DNA of 64,000 nt from an uncultured virus (IMG/VR IMGVR_UViG_3300017698_000118) (lineage: Duplodnaviria; Heunggongvirae; Uroviricota; Caudoviricetes). The notes below the pieces were generated by a model. The model was not told the DNA's origin, did no database searches, and saw only the letters and a list, made by a program, of their open reading frames with translations. Positions 41,241-48,420 of the stretch are shown here, one piece after another. Where the stretch lies: positions 1 through 64,000 of IMG/VR virus record IMGVR_UViG_3300017698_000118; one strand, given 5' to 3'. The translations under genes were made by a program, and so were the position numbers. Each line of letters begins with the position of its first letter. Within the stretch, counting starts at the first letter, position 1.

Positions 41241-41623
41241 AGGAGAGGATTATGACTATCGACATCGAACGACTGAAGCATGACTTGGATTACTGGAACT
41301 CTGTTGCTCCAGAAGAGGCGACTCATTACATCATTGATGATGACGGCAAATCGCGGCATGTAATCCAGCCTGGATTCTATCTCGACGAAGGGGATACATG
41401 GTGGCAATGTGACGGGTACAGCTACTGGCGCAAGGACACTGTCAACCCTCTTACGTCCATCCCCCGCCCCGCCCTGTTATGGGATGGCGAGGGACTTCCG
41501 CCTATCGGAAGCGAGTGCACTATCAAGGATGACGGTATACTGAGAACCATAAAAAAACACGGTATGCGAAGCGTGTACCGGGATCTGGCTAAAGGCATTC
41601 TTCGTCGTCTTACTTTAAAATAG
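41237..41623 (+). CDS. Hypothetical protein, paralogue of 38599-39159
   Basis: IDIERLK.D..YW..VAPE.A and WDGEGLPPIG. Confidence 0.6.
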   Translation: MKERIMTIDIERLKHDLDYWNSVAPEEATHYIIDDDGKSRHVIQPGFYLDEGDTWWQCDGYSYWRKDTVNPLTSIPRPALLWDGEGLPPIGSECTIKDDGILRTIKKHGMRSVYRDLAKGILRRLTLK

Positions 41624-41743
41624 GTATCCCTATGTTAGATAACCCATGGATTTTTTCAGCCGCAGTAATATTCGTTTGTCTGGCTTTGGTAGGGCTCTAT
41701 GAAATAATCTGTGGATTATTTAAATATCTTGCTGGTGAGAGAG

Positions 41744-41935
41744 ATGATGACTAAACCTTCAGATGTTGAGATCAGTAGGCTACAACTGATGAAATCCAAG
41801 GAAGAATGCCATCAGCTCCAAATGGAAAATGCTAAATTGAAAAAAGAGATCAACAAACTTGAGTCTGATCTCTTAAAAGAAATATCCCGCAATGCGGAAT
41901 TAATGACATTTTTAACTTTATCTGATGAGATTTAA
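41744..41935 (+). CDS. Small coiled-coil hypothetical protein
   Basis: Heptad pattern. Confidence 0.5.
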   Translation: MMTKPSDVEISRLQLMKSKEECHQLQMENAKLKKEINKLESDLLKEISRNAELMTFLTLSDEI

Positions 41936-41937
41936 CT

Positions 41938-42147
41938 ATGCCTAAAACCAACGAAGAAAAGAATCATGTACGAGGGGAAGAGCACTACTGTGCGAAACTG
42001 ACAGAAGAGAATGTTATTGAAATCAGGAGACTCGTGAATGAATTGGGGCTGTGCTGCACTTGTGTGAGAAAACTCTTGAAACTGGAGTGTTCTAATCATG
42101 CAATCTGGGAATCGGCTTCTGGTAAAACTTGGAAACATCTTCCCTAG
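41938..42147 (+). CDS. Stand-alone HTH domain of the type found at HNH endonuclease C-termini
   Basis: RGEEH..AKLTEENVIEIR...SGKTWKHL. Confidence 0.65.
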   Translation: MPKTNEEKNHVRGEEHYCAKLTEENVIEIRRLVNELGLCCTCVRKLLKLECSNHAIWESASGKTWKHLP

Positions 42148-42149
42148 AT

Positions 42150-42419
42150 TCAAAGGGCGATACACTTTTGAAGTATCGCCCACAGAATCACATTCTGTTT
42201 AGCTAGATTTGCTCTATCTAAACTAATTGCTTTAGCTTTATCAAAGATTGTAGAATCTTTATCTAACAATTCCCCTTCAAGTATAAAACTTTCTGGTAAA
42301 TCAGATTCCTCTACACACTCCACCATTACGGGAACCTCTACTCGTTTAATCACGACAGTAGGTTCCCTGCTTATACATCCTGCCAACACCAATACCATCC
42401 CTAAAACCAATATCTTCAT
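42150..42419 (-). CDS. Rz1: Outer-membrane spanin (lipoprotein)
   Basis: Signal peptide with LAGC lipobox, VEVPV..C; last gene of the lysis cassette. Confidence 0.75.
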   Translation of the reverse strand: MKILVLGMVLVLAGCISREPTVVIKRVEVPVMVECVEESDLPESFILEGELLDKDSTIFDKAKAISLDRANLAKQNVILWAILQKCIAL

Positions 42420-42814
42420 AGCCCTAACGCCTCATCCATAACTGCTTCAGCATCAGCACAAGTAACCCCTTCCATTTGCTCAAGAGAGCGTATTCTCTCT
42501 TTCAGGGATGCCTGACTAGCCCTAGCCTTAGAAATAGCAATAGCGGCCTCTTCTTGGCGCTTCTGGTTATGTTCTTTGAGATCAGTGACAGCATTATTTT
42601 GATCTTCCAAAGCCAATTCCAATGCAATACGGTTACTCTTACAAACGCCGTAATCCACTTTCAGCCTTTCAATTTCTACTTTTAAAGCAGAATTAGTGAC
42701 CTTTAATCCCGTATTTTGGATGTAAGAATAAACTGCATAAACCAACAGAGGGGCAATAATTGCAGCAGCAATGTAGCCTACTGCTTTTACAGTAAGGTTC
42801 TGCAAAATACTCAT
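42416..42814 (-). CDS. Rz: Inner-membrane spanin
   Basis: N-terminal TM helix, coiled coil with QNNAV, C-terminal Cys. Confidence 0.75.
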   Translation of the reverse strand: MSILQNLTVKAVGYIAAAIIAPLLVYAVYSYIQNTGLKVTNSALKVEIERLKVDYGVCKSNRIALELALEDQNNAVTDLKEHNQKRQEEAAIAISKARASQASLKERIRSLEQMEGVTCADAEAVMDEALGL

Positions 42815-43089
42815 GTCATTGGCCTGTTATAGCCTGAATCAGATTTTGCTTTGGATCTGGCATACTGATTAAGTCCACCGCCCATAGCATTTGAACCAAA
42901 TAAACCAACAGTAACGAGCGCCCAGTCCCCTGATTCAATAACTTTGAACCACATCAAAGCAGAGGATATGAGTAACCCGAAACATAAAAGCAAAAACAAG
43001 AATGCCTGTAAGTGATCGTCTATTAACTCAATCCAAGTTCGACAGTACTCACGGGCAGCGTTAGGGATATTACAAAACCATTTCATCAT
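42811..43089 (-). CDS. Holin/antiholin-like membrane protein
   Basis: Two TM segments; between endolysin and spanins. Confidence 0.55.
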   Translation of the reverse strand: MMKWFCNIPNAAREYCRTWIELIDDHLQAFLFLLLCFGLLISSALMWFKVIESGDWALVTVGLFGSNAMGGGLNQYARSKAKSDSGYNRPMT

Positions 43090-43652
43090 TGATTCACCCT
43101 GTGTCTGAACCAGCCATAAGTGAAATCTTCATTGGCTTGTCTGCCAATATTGGGGTCTATATTACCACTAATAGTAAATAAGTAATGACCGAATAAAGCT
43201 TCCAGAGCAGATAACAAAGTTTCCGCAGGATATTCACCGGAACGGTATGTCATGAAAGAGTTGAAAGCGGATAAAGTCTGCTCTCCGATGATTCCATCAG
43301 TAGCAATATCTGGATAAATAGATCCCTTCTTATTAAAGAGATTCAGAGACATTTGAAACCACTGGGAAGGTTTATCAGGGCCACAGAGAACACCTGCATC
43401 AAAAAGTCGATAACCTACTTCTTCGTCGATATCTGCCACTCTCCCAAAATTAGGAGCAGTGTAGTACTTGGTGAGATAGATATGGATTGCTACATCCCGA
43501 GGGAGATTATTCATTGGCCCCATGTAATTATGACGCCTAGCGGTGGCTTCTGTAATACCCCACATTGTTTCTCCCCCACGATCTGAGGGATGGTTGGCAT
43601 AACGCCCTTCCTTGCCAATAGTGCGTTCAATTGCTGCACGTACTTTGTCCAC
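43086..43652 (-). CDS. Endolysin, glycoside hydrolase family 108 with PG-binding domain
   Basis: EGRYANHPSDRGGETMWGIT catalytic motif, DGIIGEQT, NEDFTYGW..HRV. Confidence 0.92.
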   Translation of the reverse strand: MDKVRAAIERTIGKEGRYANHPSDRGGETMWGITEATARRHNYMGPMNNLPRDVAIHIYLTKYYTAPNFGRVADIDEEVGYRLFDAGVLCGPDKPSQWFQMSLNLFNKKGSIYPDIATDGIIGEQTLSAFNSFMTYRSGEYPAETLLSALEALFGHYLFTISGNIDPNIGRQANEDFTYGWFRHRVNQ

Positions 43653-43664
43653 AGGTAAGCCTCT

Positions 43665-43977
43665 CTAGTCGCGGCCTCGCCACTTGGATATCTCAGTCAC
43701 CATATTAGCAAGGTGTTTGGTTACAGTATCATTAAGAGTTGTCTGTTGTTCTATCAAACGTTGATCCAACTTCTCTATCGAAATTTTGAGATCCTGGCGA
43801 TCCCGTTCGATAATCTCATAAANNNNNATCTTTTCTATCAGCTTCTCTTCCGTTTTGTACAAATCTATACCCAGCTATGGCATGGCCAATGAGGATAAGC
43901 ATCGCTATGGCGAACTGGAGAATGTCTGATAATTCCATAGCAGCTACAGCCTCTTGGATAGTTTGAATAATTGCCAT
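43665..43977 (-). CDS. Putative holin (one TM plus coiled coil; spans NNNNN gap)
   Basis: MAIIQTIQEAVAAMELSDILQFAIAMLILIGHAIAGYRF...[gap]...YEIIERDRQDLKISIEKLDQRL; first gene of the lysis cassette. Confidence 0.5.
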
Positions 43978-44207
43978 AGTCTATCAACCCTCGCGTGTGC
44001 ACTCAAAACATAATTGGGTATAGTTTGCCTACTTTAGTTGAAATATTATGTTAAAGGTTTCAATTATAGTAAAAAATTTTACACACTTATTACTAAACAA
44101 TAGTAAATATCATTAGTTAGCTATTGTTCTGTTTTGTGATGATTATTTAAGGTTTCCATTGCGAGGAAAGCCGTGCCGTTCCGGTCAAAGAGCGGCGACT
44201 AATTCAT

Positions 44208-44248
44208 GCGCCCATGGCCAAATTGGATAAGGCATGAGGTTTTCTAAA
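44208..44248 (+). pseudogene. 5' half of a tRNA-Arg(UCU)-like sequence
   Basis: GCGCCCA-TG-GCC-AAATTGGATAA-GGC-A...TTTCTAA, with no 3' anticodon strand, T arm or acceptor 3' strand. Confidence 0.65.
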
Positions 44249-44310
44249 TGGCACTTTTGTCTTGTTTTTTGGTTTGCAGCGAATGGAATGAAGTATTAAT
44301 CTATCAATGC

Positions 44311-44404
44311 TGAAATCATAGCTCAGTGATCCACCTGAAAAGTACCCGGTTGTTTGATCGCGATTGGCAAAAAAATTCGGGTGGATTACTGAGCTATGGC
44401 TTCA
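44311..44404 (+). ncRNA. Long hairpin RNA (29-bp stem, 3 G-U, 1 mismatch)
   Basis: TGAAATCATAGCTCAGTGATCCACCTGAA pairs with TTCGGGTGGATTACTGAGCTATGGCTTCA. Confidence 0.7.
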
Positions 44405-44423
44405 TATGGAGAAGCATAATCTA

Positions 44424-44506
44424 CCTATACGGGTGTGTTCTGAGAACCGATAGCGGACAGCAAAGCTAACCAATATCAAACGTCATACAGAACACACCCT
44501 TATAGG
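44424..44506 (+). ncRNA. Long hairpin RNA (18 bp, one mismatch)
   Basis: CCTATA-C-GGGTGTGTTCTG pairs with CAGAACACACCC-T-TATAGG. Confidence 0.65.
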
Positions 44507-44512
44507 ACGGTT

Positions 44513-44676
44513 TCCGGGTATGGGTATCCCCGTTTTGCAGCGGGGTGATGAATCCCTCCGGTTTACGGAGATAAGCACCGACCATCCTATAGCGAGTCGG
44601 CGTGACTCGTAGCTGTTGATACTCAACAGAGTGGAGGCTAATCCAAGCGCCAATCTGGGGGAGGAGCCCGGAGCCA
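44513..44676 (+). ncRNA. Multibranched RNA with tRNA-like acceptor stem and 3' GCCA
   Basis: TCCGGGT/GCCCGGA-G-CCA closes four internal hairpins. Confidence 0.55.
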
Positions 44677-44899
44677 TTTCCCGTAACCCTTAGTGACCTA
44701 ATACAAATTTTCGATTCTTGGAAAAAATCATTAAGTAAAAAACAGAATTAACAAGAATGAGGATAGTAGCCCGAATCCCTGTACTGGTTAAGACTACTAT
44801 CCAATAGTCCGGTGGCTACCAGACTGGCAACAGATCATGACCTGTGCAGGCTCATATGCACCAAACCCGGCAATGAGGTGGAAAGCCTCTCTTATTTTA

Positions 44900-44964
44900 G
44901 GGCCGATAGCTTATGTGGCAGAAGCGTCCGACCCATAATCGGAAAATCTGGTAATATCTGGCCT
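44900..44964 (+). pseudogene. tRNA-CAU (Met/Ile2)-like sequence lacking a T arm
   Basis: D stem GCTT/AAGC; anticodon stem TCCGA/TCGGA with loop CC-CAT-AA; no TTCGA loop; imperfect acceptor. Confidence 0.65.
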
Positions 44965-44976
44965 TTTTATAAAATT

Positions 44977-45006
44977 AAAAGCCCCTTCTTAGTGGAGGGG
45001 CTGTTT
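44977..45006 (+). terminator. Terminator-like hairpin (possibly bidirectional)
   Basis: AAAAGCCCCTTC-TTAGT-GGAGGGGC-TGTTT. Confidence 0.6.
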
Positions 45007-45060
45007 GCTATCTGATGAGACTGATTGAGATCCAGTCGAAACTCCTTTGGAGTCATAGCG
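45006..45060 (+). ncRNA. Hammerhead ribozyme (type I)
   Basis: Stem I GCTAT/ATAGC, core CTGATGA, stem II GACTG/CAGTC, GAAA, stem III CTCC/GGAG, GTC cleavage triplet (cut after C45054). Confidence 0.92.
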
Positions 45061-45101
45061 TCTCTATCTAAGCTCCCGAGTGCAGGGAGCCATGATAACT
45101 A

Positions 45102-45200
45102 TCTCTTACGGATATACGCATACTGCCGACCATCACAGATAGCGCTGTGACCTGTGCGGGTAGTTTGGTCAACTAAAACCTAAGAGACCTTCCGTATCCA
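45102..45200 (+). ncRNA. Multiply pseudoknotted structured element
   Basis: Five crossing 5-7 bp pairings plus an internal hairpin (see findings). Confidence 0.5.
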
Positions 45201-45427
45201 AAAATAAATCAACACATCCAGCCTATGTGTTGGTTCGGAGGTAAAGGATATCAAAGGTTACTAGCAACACCGTGAACCCTAGGGACGAGGGGGAGGTGTT
45301 TGCTAGGGTTCTAATTCTATTTACCTCAATCCCATCTAGTAAATAACCCTACTGGTCACTTTACTGCGACAAGGTGGGATTGAGTTCTATTGCCTACAAA
45401 TTCCTCGCAAGAATTTATCCCCAATAA

Positions 45428-45799
45428 ATGAGAAAAACTATGGAATTTGTTATTAACGCAAACCCAAATAATGATCTAGTTAAACTATCCAATAAAAATA
45501 TAGATAAATCTTTTGAGAAAGAGATATATCACTGTAAGCAACTGGCAGAAATGCTGCACACAAGTGGCAGTCCAGTATTTGATCCCACGACTAGATTTCG
45601 AGCCAAAGAGCTAGGATTTACTTACATATCCTGCTCGCATAAAGCGATAGACGCAGGAACTACTGTTTTCACGGTCTATTTACAAGATGAATTTAATCGA
45701 CCAAAGATAAGGGTAGATTTCTACACAAACAGGTATGTCCATGTAGTGGATCGTACTAAAGCAGTAATTAAATTTACTAAGTACTATTTTAATCTATAA
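45428..45799 (+). CDS. Hypothetical protein
   Basis: 123-aa ORF following the RNA cluster. Confidence 0.6.
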   Translation: MRKTMEFVINANPNNDLVKLSNKNIDKSFEKEIYHCKQLAEMLHTSGSPVFDPTTRFRAKELGFTYISCSHKAIDAGTTVFTVYLQDEFNRPKIRVDFYTNRYVHVVDRTKAVIKFTKYYFNL

Positions 45800-45810
45800 C
45801 TGAGGCTATC

Positions 45811-46938
45811 ATGCAGAACGAACAGAAAAACGACAAGTACAGCAGCGCTAAGACCAGTATTGATATCTTCAGTGCTGTTCCTCTTATTCGTCAGTGCTTA
45901 CGTGCGGGTCTTGTGCCTATTCTTCGAGGTCCGCCCGGTATCGGTAAATCCGCAGCAATGCGTAGCGTATGTGAAGAATTTCGTCTGAAACTTATTGATC
46001 TACGTCTCGCACAGCTTGATCCAACAGATCTTAACGGCTTTCCCGCTCCTGATATGAAAACAGGACGTGCTACTTTTCTGGTTCCAGAAGTATTCCCCGT
46101 AAAAGGCCAAGCTCTACCTAAAAACAAAGAAGGCAAAGATTTCGAGGGTTGGATGCTCTTCTTTGATGAAATCTCCAACGCCCCTAACAGTGTACAAGGT
46201 GCGGCGTTTAAGTTGATCTTGGATCGTATGGTAGGACAGCACGAACTACACGAACGTGTTGTTATGGCGGCAGCAGGCAACCGTGAGACTGATCGAGCAG
46301 CAGCGGGTAAACTGAACACTGCTATGCAATCTCGACTGGTTCATATTGATATCCGTTCTGACCAAAAACTGTGGTGTGAATGGGCCATTCAACAAAATTT
46401 CGATACTCGTATCATTTCCTTTTTTAATTTCAAACCAGATCTAACCAATAACTTTCAGCCTAACAATGCTGACCGAACTTTCGCATGTGAACGGACATGG
46501 GAAATGGTCAATAAGCTAATCAAAGGTAAGAACCCTCAAGCCACTAAAAGTTCTGATATCTCTGTATCTTATGCAGAAGATTTCGTCCTACTCTCTGGTG
46601 TAATTGGTAAAGCCGCGGCTATGGAATTTACACTGTTCTGTGAGATCTTTGGGAACCTGCCTGATATCCAAAATATCATTGCTGACCCAGACTACGCCCC
46701 CTATCCGACAGAGTTGGATGTGCGTTGGGCGTTGACTGGTGCAGTGGCTGAAGCCATGACAGCAAACAATGTGGATAAATTGATTCGATATGTCTTGCGT
46801 ATGCCCATCGAATTTCAGATTATCACCATCCGTACCGCGATCAAGCGTAACAAAGAGTTGCGCACCCATAATGAAATCTCTAAATGGTCTATCGCTAATG
46901 CCAATCGATTGGCCCGACTTGATAAAGTAGGTAAATAA
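45811..46938 (+). CDS. MoxR-like AAA+ ATPase (N4 gp24-like)
   Basis: GPPGIGKS, IDLRLAQLDPTDL.G, LFFDEI, AAGNRETD. Confidence 0.9.
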   Translation: MQNEQKNDKYSSAKTSIDIFSAVPLIRQCLRAGLVPILRGPPGIGKSAAMRSVCEEFRLKLIDLRLAQLDPTDLNGFPAPDMKTGRATFLVPEVFPVKGQALPKNKEGKDFEGWMLFFDEISNAPNSVQGAAFKLILDRMVGQHELHERVVMAAAGNRETDRAAAGKLNTAMQSRLVHIDIRSDQKLWCEWAIQQNFDTRIISFFNFKPDLTNNFQPNNADRTFACERTWEMVNKLIKGKNPQATKSSDISVSYAEDFVLLSGVIGKAAAMEFTLFCEIFGNLPDIQNIIADPDYAPYPTELDVRWALTGAVAEAMTANNVDKLIRYVLRMPIEFQIITIRTAIKRNKELRTHNEISKWSIANANRLARLDKVGK

Positions 46939-47462
46939 TGCGCCCTTCTAACTGGACATACAAAATCCCAGAAGAACTAGCCAAAATGAACTGGTTTACC
47001 CGGGGGCTATGTCGTTATGCGATGTGTACTCCCTACTATCATCTGGATGGCTACATGCAACGTTGGTGGCTTATCAAAGAACGTTGGATTCGTGTAGGTA
47101 AGTGGGAATACCAATTGCCTGCTATCCGCCTACATCGAATCATTAAAAGTGATAGTGATCGCCATCTACATGACCACCCGCGAAAAAGTATTAGCCTAAT
47201 TCTTCAAGGTAAGTACCTAGAGGTATTTCCTTACCTTCAGGGCCAACCCGCGAGTATGGATCAAAAAGCACGAGCAGTGTACATGCGGAAGCCTTTCAGC
47301 TTTGTGTACCGTAACGCTACAGATCGTCACTGTATCAAGCTAGTAGGTCAAGTTACCTACAGTCTGTTCATCACTTGGGGTAAACGCCGTGAGTGGGGAT
47401 TCTACACAGAAGACGGCTGGGTACATCACCTGGGCTACATTGACGAATTCAAAGAGAGTTAA
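46938..47462 (+). CDS. Cupin-like protein
   Basis: IRLHRI..SD.DRHLHDHP...SLIL.G.Y.E...H.I, WGFYT. Confidence 0.7.
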   Translation: MRPSNWTYKIPEELAKMNWFTRGLCRYAMCTPYYHLDGYMQRWWLIKERWIRVGKWEYQLPAIRLHRIIKSDSDRHLHDHPRKSISLILQGKYLEVFPYLQGQPASMDQKARAVYMRKPFSFVYRNATDRHCIKLVGQVTYSLFITWGKRREWGFYTEDGWVHHLGYIDEFKES

Positions 47463-47925
47463 TATGAAGACAGTAGAAGGTAATCTCATAGCTTTAGCTA
47501 AGGAAGGTGAATTCGATGTCATCGTCCATGGCTGTAACTGTTTCCATGCTATGGGGGCTGGCATTGCTAGACAAATAGCCGATCATTTCCCTGAAGCAGT
47601 GGAAGTAGATCTGAGTACTGGATATGGAACCAGAGAGAAACTTGGTGCATTCAGTAAAGCGCTTATCAAACGATACAGTAACCCCTTCTACGTCATCAAC
47701 TTATACTCTCAACATGGATTAGCCTCTGTAACAAATCCAATCCCTGTTGATTACATAGCAATCCAGAAAGGCTTTGAAAAAATCCGACAAGATTTCCCAG
47801 ATGCCCGCATAGGCTATCCGATGCTAGGGGCAGGTCTTGCAGGTGGAAATTGGGCGGATATTGAAGGTATTATCGATAAAGCCTTAACTGGGCTCGATCA
47901 TACTCTCGTAATCTATAAACCGTAA
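47463..47925 (+). CDS. Macro domain (ADP-ribose binding/hydrolase) protein
   Basis: IVHGCNCFHAMGAGIA and YPMLGAGLAGGNW motifs. Confidence 0.9.
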
Positions 47926-47934
47926 GGAAGACCA

Positions 47935-48129
47935 ATGTTGGAAGCAAAACAGCGTGTACAGCGCGTTCGTGAAGAAGCAGTGGGATCTGATCTATCTTCA
48001 TGGGAAAAACATAATTTCCTGAAAAGCATTGAAAACCATGTCCACCTATCTGACGCTCAAGACGCTATCCTCACTGAGATAGAGGAGCGCTTGGGTATCG
48101 GTGTAGGGCAGGAAGAGCAATGCAAGTAG
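47935..48129 (+). CDS. Hypothetical protein
   Basis: LSSWEKHNFLKSI...LSDAQ..IL.EIE. Confidence 0.6.
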   Translation: MLEAKQRVQRVREEAVGSDLSSWEKHNFLKSIENHVHLSDAQDAILTEIEERLGIGVGQEEQCK

Positions 48130-48368
48130 CTGCTTTTGACCTGAGCATGGAAGAACCTATCATCCTTGCTCGGTCCCCTCATCGTCACAAATGGAGGGTT
48201 ACTGTCTGGATTGCTACTGATGTTTTCAGAGAGCAACGTATTATCACTAACCCTCAACCAAGCTATCTCACTCAAATGTTTAAGCCTGCACTAGAAAAAC
48301 TCCTCTCTCTCCGGAAGGAATACCCTGAACATACGAATGCCGGATTCAACATAATTCGCCTACGCTAG
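48120..48368 (+). CDS. Hypothetical protein
   Basis: 82 aa, overlaps the upstream gene. Confidence 0.5.
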   Translation: MQVAAFDLSMEEPIILARSPHRHKWRVTVWIATDVFREQRIITNPQPSYLTQMFKPALEKLLSLRKEYPEHTNAGFNIIRLR

Positions 48369-48420
48369 TTCACCCTGCAAGAGAGATCTGTTTGGTGATG
48401 TCTGGCTCAGGAGAATTATT

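Noticed and set aside
41938..42147. HNH homing endonuclease
   Set aside because: Only the C-terminal HTH is present; there is no HNH motif.
44483..45015. Short ORFs 44483-44677 (-) and 44812-45015 (+)
   Set aside because: Non-ATG or RBS-less starts, overlapping clearly structured RNA elements.
45102..45200. HDV-like/theta ribozyme
   Set aside because: No 3-bp P3 with a CC-containing L3 directly before the P1 3' strand, and no clear J4/2 catalytic C context.
44151..45416. Retron, DGR or group I/II intron interpretation of the RNA cassette
   Set aside because: No reverse transcriptase (YADD/YxDD) ORF in the window, no interrupted host gene and no recognisable intron core.
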